This document shows, piece after piece, positions 14,641-27,988 of a DNA stretch of 64,000 bases. The translations under genes and the position numbers were made by a program. Below the pieces are notes generated by a model. That model was not told the DNA's origin. It saw only the letters and a list, made by a program, of their open reading frames with translations, and did not search any database. Origin of the DNA: Eledone cirrhosa (Eukaryota); contig OZ024752.1 in the NCBI GenBank assembly GCA_964016885.1, positions 3,224,001 to 3,288,000 of the forward strand. The letters run 5' to 3'. The first letter of the stretch is position 1. Every line of letters begins with the position of its first letter.

Positions 14641-16589
14641 CAATCAATGTTCATCTTTTCAACACGCTTAGAAACATCTGTCTGATCGGTTGTCTGACTG
14701 ATACACGCTATAGAATGCCGAACTAACTTCCTCATATTTAGTTAACTTGGTGAATTTGTTGTATTCCCCACTTCTCCCTTTCTTTTCGCCCCCCCCCCCC
14801 CCCGCATTCCTCTATCGCTCTCTATCTATATCTTTGTATCTTCATTCTATCTCTCATAAACAAATACAAACACACACGTTACTGTACTGGGCGGAAACAT
14901 TTAACGTGTTATTTGAAAATGTAATGGAGATGCCTGCTAGAAGCAATAGCAATGGAATTAATCTATTACAAGTGCCTGAAACAGATTATTTGTCGTCTTT
15001 TATTTTCTGCATTTTAGACACATTTCAACGTATTTCATTCCTTGAAATCATAGTGAACTCCGCGCTTTCGCTTCATTAATGAAATTTAAACATTAAATAA
15101 ATTAGATAGTAGAATTCGAAAAAAAATAATGAATCAGCAAACTCACAGCAAAGGAACGAAGATTAATTAAAAACTAAGCTACCTATATTGTTTTATGTCA
15201 TTTGTTATTTGCAGGAATATTTTAGGTTTCTCTTCCTTCTTCAGTTTCCGTCTTTCAATTTATTTGTGGCATTATCCCGGATCAAACAATTTATCACTTT
15301 CTTGAAATATCAGAAAACGATTCGTCCTTTGGCACCAGTTGCTTTTCTGTTATTATTAGCTGCGCTATTTTAATGTATCTGTCTCCATTCTTCATGATTA
15401 GTTTTTTTTTTGTTTTGTTTTCAAAGTTATAGGCTAAGGTATTATTCATTACTTTTAAATTATCTCTGTTAATTTCATTCTTCAGCAATATAAAACTATG
15501 CTAAATTCCCCGAATTATGGTGGGGAAGAGACAGAAACTCTTAACTATCCAAACACATTTTCCTTAAACAGTATGGTATATAATTTGTAAATTGACTTTC
15601 GCAGATCATTATCTACTGCTATGAAAAAGAGGCATATGCTTTTGTTCTACATTGAGTACTGTTTTGCATTTTGTTAATTTGTACGACTATTTTATGAGAT
15701 AGTGAATATTCTTACTGTTTCCTATTTTTCTTTTTTCAGTTGTCTATACGTTAAATTTGTTTGCTTTCAATATAGTTAGAACAGTTTATAAACTCCTTTC
15801 CCTCCAACCAACTCTGATTAAAACATGGTTCTGTATATATTTCTACTATTTTATTTTGAGTTTTGTTTAATTTTCTCTGTAATTTTTTATGCTTCGCAGA
15901 ATTTATTACCGACGTAGCCCGTCATTTCTTTTAAATGGACATTAAATATTCAGAAGCCTGTAGAAAGAAAATGTAAATGTAGTAAATTTAAAACACTAAA
16001 GAAAAAAGGGACAGCACTTAATTAAGACACAATTGGACGATCAATTTACTTTTTTGATTTTCTGTTATTTGCAAAGTTTCTAAAAAAAAATTCCAATTTG
16101 CTAAAACATTACTAAAAAGAAATATATAAAATTCTGTCTTTGACATTTCATCATTTTCTGAAAAGTTTCAATGAAATGAAAACGTCTGATTGAAAAGGAA
16201 ACTAAAAGTAAGTGAAATGTAGATTTTGTTTTCTAATTTCACTTTTTATTACATATATATACACGTAATAATGTAAAAAATGAAATACATACAGAATTTT
16301 CTTCTTTGATTAAACATGAATTCAATATATAAAATTACTTGATTAAATATATATTTCCTTCGTTTTTTAATGTTTTATGTTTCCATACTTTATTTCTCCT
16401 AATTAATTATTTCGTTTTCAATTACTCTTTCATTATATCTTTAGTTTGAGCCAGTACAAATCTCTCAAATTTTCGTATATTTTTTTATACGTTTAAAAAT
16501 TATACAAGTAATATTAAAAACTTCATTTCCATATTTTCGCTAAAATATATAATTACTGATAGTAATTTGTATATATATATATATATATA

Positions 16590-16769
16590 GAGCAAACATC
16601 ACGGGCGCTCTATCTCAAAATTATTTTTGAAAAGCATTAGAAATGCACAACCGGTAAAAACTTAAAACCAAAACTGAATACGAACCAATACATATTACTA
16701 ATTTTTAGTTATTCCTAATTAAACTATTTTTCACTGGGAACAATTTGTCAGCATTTTCTTTTCCTTTTA

Positions 16770-16773
<4 letters not shown>
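16590..16773 (+). repeat. Dispersed repeat ending in (TA)n; second copy at 54997-55190
   Basis: Shared ctctatctcaaaattatttttgaaaagcatt...caatttgtcagcattttct...taccaa(TA)n. Confidence 0.8.
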
Positions 16774-16823
<50 letters not shown>

Positions 16824-16917
16824 TTTATATAGTTATGTAATTATACTTAGATAGGTATAGATATAAACATATATGCACATACGAATATGTTATATATTTG
16901 TTTCAACCATTTGCTTC

Positions 16918-17018
<101 letters not shown>

Positions 17019-17372
17019 TTCGTTCTGTTAGTATGCGTCTTGTTGTGTCTATAGACTTATGTGTCACATATTCTTATTTCTTTCTTCGTCTTGTGATACA
17101 TTTCTAACATTAATTTTGGCTCTGGTTACGTCCGTTCACCCGATAACTATCGTTCCTTTACAATAAATTACTTCATATTTTTACTAATTGAATGTCGTAA
17201 TTATTCGTATCACTTCAAGAGCCAATAAAAATATTATTTTATATTTTATAATTCATCTTAGATTTTAGTCATATTATCATATATTTTGTTCTCCTTTTAT
17301 GTAATAATTCATCTATTTAAATTTTCTAATGTTCTCCCGTATTAAATATATCATTTTCATTATTTCAAATAA

Positions 17373-17551
17373 GGGCGATGGATTGGCAGTATCGGTAGAG
17401 GGCCTGACACCATGCTTTGCAGCAAAGAATTACGGCCCTTTATGGTTTGAGTTCAAATCCCACCGAGGTTAACTTTGCCTTTCATCCTTACGGGGTCGAT
17501 AAAATAAAGTACCAGTAATGTGACAAAAGTAGAAACAATTATTTCAAATAA
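17373..17551 (+). mobile_element. tRNA-derived SINE with 14-bp TSD
   Basis: A-box TGGCAGTATCGG, B-box GAGTTCAAATCC, core gcctttcatccttacggggtcgataaaataaagtaccag; TSD attatttcaaataa at 17359-17372 and 17538-17551. Confidence 0.9.
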
Positions 17552-19439
17552 TCAATAGCGGTTCTTGTATGATGTCATACATATCCGTCAATTAAAGATG
17601 TAGTCCTTCGTAGATATAACATTTTCCTTTAAGTATGGTTTTCACCAGTGTTATATGTTTCCTCATTTATATTACTTCTGACGATGTACAATATTTCATG
17701 ATACTTTCCTATATTAAATAATTATATCCTTTTTACAATATTGATATGGAATAAGTGTTAGTTAATTTATTTTTATTAAAACATTTGTAAGTTTATTTCA
17801 GAAATCTATTTCATCTTCTTGCCATATTATATATGCCCTGTGTTATTATGTCACTTATTTCTTCATTTCCTCAACATCTCTTCTATATTTTTATTTATGT
17901 TGGTATAAACACATTCAGCTTAAAAATATTATTAATCGGCAATGGAGTTCCTTTTCGGAATTATATATATATTTACACAAACACACACACACACACACAC
18001 ATACCCCCCCCCCCATATATGTACATATATATATGTATATACATGTTTGTGTGTGTGTGTGTGTTTGTTTGTCTGTGTGTGTATATATATAGACTTATAT
18101 TCCCTAACATTAACTACTGGGCTTTTCTAGGATTATCGAACACTTTATCGTTAAAATACTGTTTTTCTTTAATTCTCCATTTATTTTTTTTTTTTCATTA
18201 TGAATCTAAGAAAAAAAAATTATTCATTTCATCAGATTTTTCTTGACTAAATTTGCATTATGCGTGTGAAAATTTAAAAGTATAATTTTTCCATAATTCC
18301 TATTGATTTTCTTTTTTGTTCATACTGAAAAAGGTATTATGATTTGATTTCACGGATGCAAGTTATTAATAATTTATGTTTTAACTTGAATTGAAGCGAA
18401 ATACCGAATTTAATTCCCACACTCCAAATGATCAGTGGTTGTGGAACAAGTTGTTTTTAAGAAAGAGAAAAACGTGACGTTAATATTGCCGACACTAAGG
18501 AATTTTATGTGAATATTTTTGCCCCGTTCTTGTTAGATTTCTAAGACTTTCGTTGTTGTAAGGGTTCGAAATTTCACTTTACTCAGAATGTTTCCTTTGT
18601 TTTAATTTATTTATTTATTTTTACGTTTTCCTATATGTTTGCATTAATCATTGTTGTTTTCCGTTTAGAAATATTCTGCATCCGTCTATACTACTTTTAA
18701 ATAGTAACTATGTGGAATATGATTAAATGTTTCTGCGCTTATTTCTAATTGGAACGAATGTGTACTATATATCACATTTTAAAAATGTTATACCTCTACA
18801 TAACCCATTGCATTTGCCTTTTTCGAAAAATATTAATATCTTGAAATGTCAGCATTATTTATAATTATTTTTAATTTTTGGATTGTGTTTGAAATGAATC
18901 AAAGTTTTGCGTGAGCTTATATTACTTTAAAGTTTGTGTAATAAGGCATATCAGTTTCCACCACGATGCCAGGCGAATGTGTTTATTAATCGGTAGTAGA
19001 TAACCTGCCCACTAATTCCGTCAATTTAAAATATCATAACCCTGTAGATTAATACGTAAAACTTTCAAAAAATATGTTGAATCTATCTCTATTCCTCCTA
19101 TCTTCGCTCCCATTAGTCCATGTTTTCTGAATCATGATATCGAACCAATAAACCACACGTTTAGCTTACCGATAAATGATAATTATTATCACGGCGTCTA
19201 ATATTTTCTCTTTCTTTTGTATATATATATATATATCATCATTTTACGTCCGAAAATGTTTTATTTACAGTAATAATTATAATAATGACAATAGGAGAAG
19301 ACACGGAAACAAGAGAACATAATAATAGGAAAATGTAGTGATAAAAGAGAAAAAGAAAGAAGAAAGACTGAGAAGAGGATGGCAAGAACTCTGGTGTTGC
19401 AAAAGAGAAGGGACGTGTGAAGGGGTGGGGGATGATTGG

Positions 19440-20006
19440 GCTTTGAGTCTAGGGCCGCTAGCCGCGGACAAGATGGCAAAAGCCAGTGACACCCGCTGCA
19501 ACAGCCACAAAACCTCGCGGGGCTCCCTCCTCAGACGGACCGCCGAAACTCCGATCTTGTAGAGGAGCTCGGCAGTACGGGGTGCAAGTATGCCTGAGAT
19601 CTCGACGGCGACCGGTGCGAAGAGGAAGCGGTCGGACAAACCCCAGTATTTTTTTATATTACGAGGCGGGCCACGATGCAAGGGGTTGTGGCCGAAGCGA
19701 CTAAGTTGGAGGCGGAGAACGTGGATAGCATGTGGCGTCCCAGATGAGCTATCTATCTCCTACGAATGGTTGCTTGCCATCTCCGCGGTCTAGGTCTGTT
19801 GGCTCCAGTTGAGATGGAAAGCCAGCTGTATCCAGGCTCCTCAGTATGTCGTTGAAAGCGGTTTTGGGGGGAGCCGTCCTGCACTCTGGCAGCAAGACCA
19901 GGCCGAACTTATCAACAACCGGCCGCAGAAGCATTTATGTGGCTCACACACGCGGAGGCCAATGCGTTGTGCTACTCCGATGCGAGTGCACTCATCATCA
20001 GAGGCT
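19440..20006 (-). mobile_element. CRE-type non-LTR retrotransposon 3' fragment (Cys-rich region + restriction-like endonuclease), decayed
   Basis: RIGLRVCEPHKCFCG, FNDILRSLDTAGFPSQLEPTDLDRGDGKQP, LIWDATC, KKYWGLSDRFLFAPVAVEISG, EPREVLWLLQRVSLA; matches the CRE RLE pattern LEP.GL.R.DGKRPDG...WD.T...K..KY...PVAVE..G...QR.S.A; frameshifted. Confidence 0.85.
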
Positions 20007-20307
20007 TAATATCAAATATATATTTGGTTTATATAAATAAGTTGTTAGATATACACCTCGACACTACAAACTTCTCACGCACTCTCAAAGAGAAAAAGTG
20101 GAACTCACTCACTTACAAAGTTATATAACATCGACGTACCTATTTCCCTCTTCATTATCATCTGTGTGATTGAGAAATTAACCAAAATTGTATTATGAAA
20201 TAACTAAAAGGTTTCTTCTACAATTTGGATTTTTCCATTTAAACAGATTCCCATAGAACAAATCTCCTGTCAAACATAACTACTCTACATATATATATGA
20301 ATGCATA

Positions 20308-20345
<38 letters not shown>

Positions 20346-20539
20346 GACTGAATAAAAAATGGCGTAGACATACAACAGAACAGGAGGAAAAAATATAACA
20401 CCACTGACGATGTTGCAGATGTGCAACGAAAGATTTATGTAAATTATGTAAACTATATATATGTGTTTGTGTCTATATTGTATCTGTATTATTTTTGACC
20501 GTCGGTCAGTCAATGGCAACATTGAGGACCGATTAAGTT

Positions 20540-20652
20540 AGATCGCAGATATAAAAGACAGCGAGAATCGAAAACCAACCAAACAGTGAGTGTGTTCTGT
20601 TATTAATTCTGGCAATATTACACAAATATGACCCTCCCCAAGTATAACAATA
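20540..20652 (+). repeat. 3' end of a PLE family (…ccctccccaagtataacaat-(AT)n)
   Basis: Same terminus at 47180-47233 (+), 46046-46110 (-) and, partially, 27765-27782. Confidence 0.6.
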
Positions 20653-20673
20653 TATATATATATATATATATAT

Positions 20674-21222
20674 AAACATGAGAAGAATGAATACCGCGTG
20701 GTTGCACATGGGTTACATGTGATAAAAATACTCCTTCATCAGTGATTTTCCAACCTTCATTGGTATTTCATCGTTTTAAAAATCATATACCTCCAGTTGG
20801 TGCGAGCAATAGCTAAATAAAGCTATTGGGACAAGTAAATCGCGTAAACCGAGCGAGGCAAGTAAACAAACATAGAAGGATAGCAACGCAAAGATAGGAA
20901 AAACCTAGCACATGGGAGTCCGATCAGCTTAAACTGTGTGGATTTCATGGGCGAGAGAGACAGCTGACCGTCCGACGTGAGTGAGGTGTGAGGAAGGAAG
21001 GACCCCACTTCTGGCCAAACGGGAGAAGGGGAGAAGCAGTGAGTGAGTGGAAGTGCGAGGAAGAGGCCAGTCGTGTGAAAGTGTAACTGACAGAGGGGGC
21101 GAAAGAAGGTGAGAGAAACAGAGAGAAGGGAGAAGCAGTAAGAGAGAAACAGACAAACGCAGTTGGGGAAAATATATATAAAAAAACATGAGAAGAATGA
21201 ATACTGCGTGGTTGCATATGGG

Positions 21223-21224
<2 letters not shown>
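20674..21224 (-). mobile_element. (TA)n-embedded element with ~40-bp direct terminal repeats (pLTR-like)
   Basis: aaacatgagaagaatgaata.cgcgtggttgca.atgggtta at 20674 and 21185; related copy at 3968-4078; minus-strand CTGATGAAGG half-core near 20732-20742. Confidence 0.55.
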
Positions 21225-21284
<60 letters not shown>

Positions 21285-21360
21285 TGTATAGTGCAAGTAA
21301 GTATGTTTTGAAACAGTGAGCAGGTTTGAAATTAGAAAATAGAATAGCTTTCACCGTATT

Positions 21361-21514
21361 ATGACTAATGGAATTTTAACCTGATAATGGGGTTTAGAAC
21401 CCTCAGATAAATGGAAAAAGATGAGTATTGACGTACATGGGAGTCAATACTCATCTTTTTCCATTTATCTGAGGCTTCTAAACCCCATTATCAGGCTAAA
21501 ATTCATTTAGTCAT
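21361..21514. repeat. Near-perfect 72-bp-arm hairpin between (TA)n tracts
   Basis: Arms 21361-21432 and 21443-21514, loop gtacatggga. Confidence 0.9.
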
Positions 21515-21622
21515 ATATATATATATGTGTGTGTGTGTGTATGTATGTGTGTGCGTGTGTGTGTGTGTGTATATTATTCAAAATATTAACAAATGAAGAT
21601 ATTCACATAATCAAAATATAAA

Positions 21623-21687
21623 CTTTATTGTATATATTTCGAAGGTACTGTGTTGTTTCTTTTCCAGTACGTCCTCGTCAGATAAAA
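21623..21687 (-). ncRNA. Type I hammerhead ribozyme motif (C at position 16.1)
   Basis: Minus strand: ttttat-CTGACGA-GGACGTACTG...CAGTACCTTC-GAAAT-ATAT-ACA-ataaag. Confidence 0.6.
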
Positions 21688-22175
21688 TATATGATTTGAT
21701 ATATGACATACCTCTACGGTCTTGATATTTCAATTCCAGTATTGGCAGTGATTTTCATCAAATCTCAACACTTATATACCACAAATAATAATATGATAAA
21801 CTTAAAGAAGAAAAGGACGGACGTGGAGCGAATTAGAGATATAACAGAAGAAGAGATGTAAGAAAAAAATACGAAAAAGAAAGATAAAATATTTGAAATG
21901 AATATATAGATGGGTGAACTAGATGAAGAAATATATATAAAAAAGAAGAAAGAAGAAATAACGACAAAATAAATTATGGGGGCGTGAGGAATAAGAAGAA
22001 AATCCGTTGTTTTCAAATAGTAGGTCAATAGAGGAAATCAATCAAATACCATATACCATTGAATATCTCTAGTATTTGGTTATGGTTAAGCTAATTATAC
22101 TGATATAATCTATCAAAATTACTCAATTTTCATAGCCGTCACATATTTACTTAATTAAAAATATATATATGTATC

Positions 22176-22206
<31 letters not shown>

Positions 22207-22305
22207 TGTGGTAGAACACTGGAAAGTAATATGCGTAGTGGTAGGGCACTCAGTCCATGGGACGAGTTAGGTAGAAGTGGCTACACAACAGTTCGTTCAT
22301 CATAC

Positions 22306-22343
22306 CGAGAACAACTGTTTCACCATAGCGGATCCTCAGCTTG
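22306..22343 (-). ncRNA. Minimal type I hammerhead ribozyme motif (PLE 3' UTR, left copy)
   Basis: caag-CTGAGGA-TCCGCTATGGT-GAAAC-AGTT-GTT-ctcg. Confidence 0.7.
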
Positions 22344-22511
22344 TAATGGAAATAGATATACGGAACAAGTAGGACAACCGTACGAACGCGCATGCGCAAA
22401 AACGATCACTTCACACAGGCAATACTAAATTGCGTGCGAGAGGTGTTAGGGAGATAACTGCGAAAGTCCGAAAGTTTCTAGTTGATAAGAAAATTAGGAT
22501 GTTGTTGTAAT

Positions 22512-24530
22512 TCAATCCGAAGCTTTGTAGTTATGTAAGAGGTGTTTCCAGACGTCTGGAAAACGTGTGAAGAATTCATTTCTCACATTCAGGCAATCAC
22601 TATTGCGTAATGTCTTTAGAATATTTATTCGTTCATCAATACATAGTCCGCACGACGGATTGCCCCTTGCGTATGGCTTGGACTAAGTGATGGTTTTCCA
22701 TTGAATTGAGTAGTCTATACTTGAGTCCTTGAGGGATCATACGTGACTCGCGAGTTTCGTGGATGAACGTATGTCCGGGTACCAAAAGGGCGACTGGTGG
22801 TTCAGGAAGCGTTCCTTAAATCGGCACTCCGCCATACCCACATAGGATTTGACCTCCTGTGGTTGATTTGGTCGGGTGGATGTGACCACAGTTTCATAAA
22901 CTACAACGGGTGTGTTGCATTGCTGTTGAAGGGGATGGGCTTACGGCAAGAGCACCCCGGTAGGGTGTTGCTCTTAAGGCTGTTGGTGATGTAGGCCTAC
23001 ATCTCCTTAGCGCAGGATTATCCTAGTTTTACTTTGTGTTGGTTAAAGATGGAGCGGTATTTACGACATATGAACGTTGAGTGAGAAGGGAGGAGAGAAC
23101 CAGATAGTGTGTCTATTGTTACGCTTTCTTTTCTTAGTTCTGTTATTGTTAGTGGGAGAGTAAGTGGTAGGTTGCTAGAAGCCGCTGTTAGCTAACGCCG
23201 TGATATTGTAGGGTGTCGCCCTGTCAAGTATAGCCTTATTAGAGGAGAGGTTTGAGATTCTAGTACTGATATTATCTAAGAAGTTTCTAATAACAGTGTG
23301 TGGCATGAGTCCTTGTGAATGTAATCGAATGTTTCGTTTAGCTTATGTAAGGGTATGTAGGTGTGTGTGTGCGAAGGTCTAAATTAATGTCTAAGAAATC
23401 TACGTTAGAGAGGTTGGTAGCTATTGTTATCCTAAGTCCTAATTGAACGTTGAAGCTAAGTTTTTCTTAAATCGGTCGAGGTCATGACCACTGTTATGGC
23501 TCGATAAGATCAGTCCATCGTCGCGGTATACTCCCGTGTGGAAGTCCGGGAATCTAACACGTAATATGTCTAAAATAAATAGGCCAACAAACTCGCATAC
23601 GTCAGCACTGTCAAACGATCCCATGGAGACCTCGAATAGGTCTGATGTTGTTGACTTCTGTGCCCAGGCTACTCCGTTGTTGAAGAGGAGGGTTTTGCGG
23701 CAGTGAGCGATGATTTCCCTGTCTAAAACATCGACGGTAGTGTAAATGGTAGCAAAGTCGAACGCTTTGTTTAACAGGATCTCTGAGATCGACGGGTAAA
23801 AATCAAGAATGTCAAACTGTGTGAACTTCGCTTTTTCGGATTTGAAGGAGTTAAACCACTTAATTACTGAGTCGCTGTTCTCCCACTGAGACAGGTTGGA
23901 CTTGGTCTTAATTGTCTTAACTATGTTTTAAGTATGGCCTTACTGACTGGTCCCATAGCTGTGCGTGCCGGGTTTATTAGTCTACATGTCGGGTTAGAAG
24001 TAAAGTCAACCTTGTTATCTTTCAGTGTGCGGAACGCCTCCCGCTTAGCTAGAGATTGTAGCTTCTTATCTACCTTAAAGGCGGCGACAAGTTCTTTGGC
24101 TTCTGCATTACTGTCGTGGTAGGCCATAGGGTTAGCTTTCTTATATTTGGAAGTAATAGCGTTATGGGCCAAGTGGCGGAAAGTAGTGTTGTCGACTTCG
24201 TAAATATTATTAGTTTTGTCGAAAGTGTTATTAGAAAACGTAAATATCTTAATATCATTTCTAAGTTTAGGTGTTTGCGAAAGGAAATGTTAGCGACTAA
24301 GTCAAGAAGGTCCACCTCGAATGGAGCACGTTCAGTTACCTTAGGAGGGTAGGCTCTCGATTTCAGGTGAAGGTGTTATGGGTGCCTGTAATTTTGCCGT
24401 CAAAAGCTAAGGCTCGCCATGTTAAGCGTCTGACGACATCTTCCACTTTTTCTAGGAGAATCTTTTGCTAAACATGGTTGGAGGGAGTGGGAATGTTCTT
24501 CAAGGAGTAATCCAGTTCGAATAAATCCAT
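22512..24530 (-). pseudogene. PLE reverse transcriptase-GIY-YIG ORF, full length but disrupted
   Basis: MDLFELDYSLKNIPTPS...EKVEDVVRRLTWRAL; TLKDNKVDFTSNPTCRLINPA; QFDILDFYPSIS; MGSFDSADVCEFVGLFIL; GVYRDDGL; stops, frameshifts and a deletion near 23070. Confidence 0.9.
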
Positions 24531-24544
24531 ACTGACGTTGACGA

Positions 24545-25528
24545 GACTTAGGATAACAGTAGCTACCAACCTCTCTAGCGTAGATTTCTCAGACATTAAT
24601 TTAGACCTGCACACACACACCTACAGACCCTTCCATAAGCTAAAGGAAAAACGCAATTACATTCACAAGGACTCATGCCACCCTCCCACTGTTTTTAGAA
24701 ATTTCGTAAATAATATCAGTACTGGAATCTCTAACCTCTCCTCTAATAACACTATCTTTGACAGGGCGGAAACCTACTATAACACGACGTTAGCTAAAAA
24801 CGGCTTCTCGCAACCTATAACTTACTCTCCCACTAACAACAACAGCAATAAGAAAAGAAAGCGTAACAGTACAAGCTATGTGGTTCTCTCCTCCCTTCTC
24901 ACTCAACGTTAAAACCAATGTAGGCAAAAAATGTCTAGCCCTCTTAAATAGACACTTTCCCATAGGTCATAAATACCGCTCCATCTTTAACCGACAAAAA
25001 GTAAAACTATGATAATCCTGCGCTAAGAACACGAAGGCCCACATCACAAACAGCCCTAAGAGCAACAGCCAACCAGGGTGCTCTTGCCGTAAGTCCGAAG
25101 CTTGTCCCCTTCAACAGCAATGCAACACACCCGCTGTAGTTTATGAAGCTGTGGTCAATTCCAACCGACCAAATCAACCACGGGAGGTCAAATCCTATGT
25201 GGTTATGGTGGAGGGCCGATTTAAAGAACGCTTCCTGAATCACCAGTCGACCTTTAGGTACCCGGACATACGTTCATCCACGAAACTCGCGAGCCACGTA
25301 TGGTCCCTCAAGGACTCAAGTATAGACTACTCAATTCAATGGAAAGCCATCACTAAGTCCAAGCCATACGCAAGGGGCAATCCGTCGCGTGGACTATGTA
25401 TTGATGAACGAAGAAATATTCTAAAGACATTACGCAATAGTGATTGCCTGAACATGGGTAATGAATTCTTCACACGTTGTCCACGCGTCTGGAAACACCT
25501 GTTACATAACTACAAAGCTCCGAATTGA
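24545..25528 (+). pseudogene. Inverted copy of the PLE RT thumb, linker and GIY-YIG endonuclease
   Basis: VDFSDINLDL...YRPFHK...YIHKDSCHPP; CSCRKSEACPLQQQCNTPAVVYEA...SYVVMVEGRFKERFLNH...STKLASHVWSLK...GLCIDERRNI...LNMGNEFFTRCPR. Confidence 0.9.
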
Positions 25529-25692
25529 ACTACAACATCCTAATTTTGTTATCAAATAGAAACTTACGGACTTTCGCAGTTATCTCCCTGACACCTCTCG
25601 CACGCACTTAATATTGCTTGTGTGAAATGATCGTTTCTGCGCATGCGCGATCGTACGGTTGTCATTCCTGTTCCGTATAACCATGTACATTA

Positions 25693-25730
25693 CGAGCTGA
25701 GGATCCGCTAAGGTGAAACAATTGTTCTCG
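25693..25730 (+). ncRNA. Minimal type I hammerhead ribozyme motif (PLE 3' UTR, right copy)
   Basis: cgag-CTGAGGA-TCCGCTAAGGT-GAAAC-AATT-GTT-ctcg; stem I cgag/ctcg, palindromic loop AATT, GUU cleavage triplet. Confidence 0.8.
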
Positions 25731-25757
25731 GTATGGTGAACGAACTGTTGTGTAACC

Positions 25758-27521
<1,764 letters not shown>

Positions 27522-27602
27522 TTGTGTATGTGTGTGTGTGCGTGTGTTTATAAATATATATGTGTATATATATATAAATACATATGTGTGTGTGAATATG
27601 TA

Positions 27603-27633
<31 letters not shown>

Positions 27634-27634
27634 A

Positions 27635-27691
<57 letters not shown>

Positions 27692-27787
27692 CGGCGAAGA
27701 ATTAGTTTTGCGAGGTTTTTTTATATGAAATCGTGTGTCGAAACAAATATAACAATATATATATCCCCAAGAATAACAATATATATA

Positions 27788-27988
27788 TAGGAACGAGTAG
27801 GACCCCGACGGCTGAGCTCAAGCCGTTTTGACGGCTAATATGGAATAATTAGTCCAGAATTAGCCGTCGAAACGGCTTGAGCTCAGCCGTCGGGGTCCTA
27901 CTCGTTCCTATTACCCAATCTACTACCCTAAGTATTGAGTACTTTGGTGCGTTATGGTCCACCTGGTTCCTGACCACATTTCCTTCGT
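27788..27988 (+). mobile_element. Short fold-back element containing the 3' half of a hammerhead; related copy at 50143-50233
   Basis: Arms 27788-27839 and 27859-27910; C-GAAAC-GGCT-tgagctc-AGCC-GTC-ggggtcc; shared tail ggtccacctggttcct.accaca.ttccttcgtt(AT)n. Confidence 0.75.

Noticed and set aside
17373-17470. tRNA gene (A and B boxes)
   Set aside because: No complete cloverleaf; it is the head of a multi-copy SINE with TSDs
21380-21412. CTGATAA...GATA in the hairpin arms as a hammerhead
   Set aside because: Both conserved boxes deviate and no stem I or III is found
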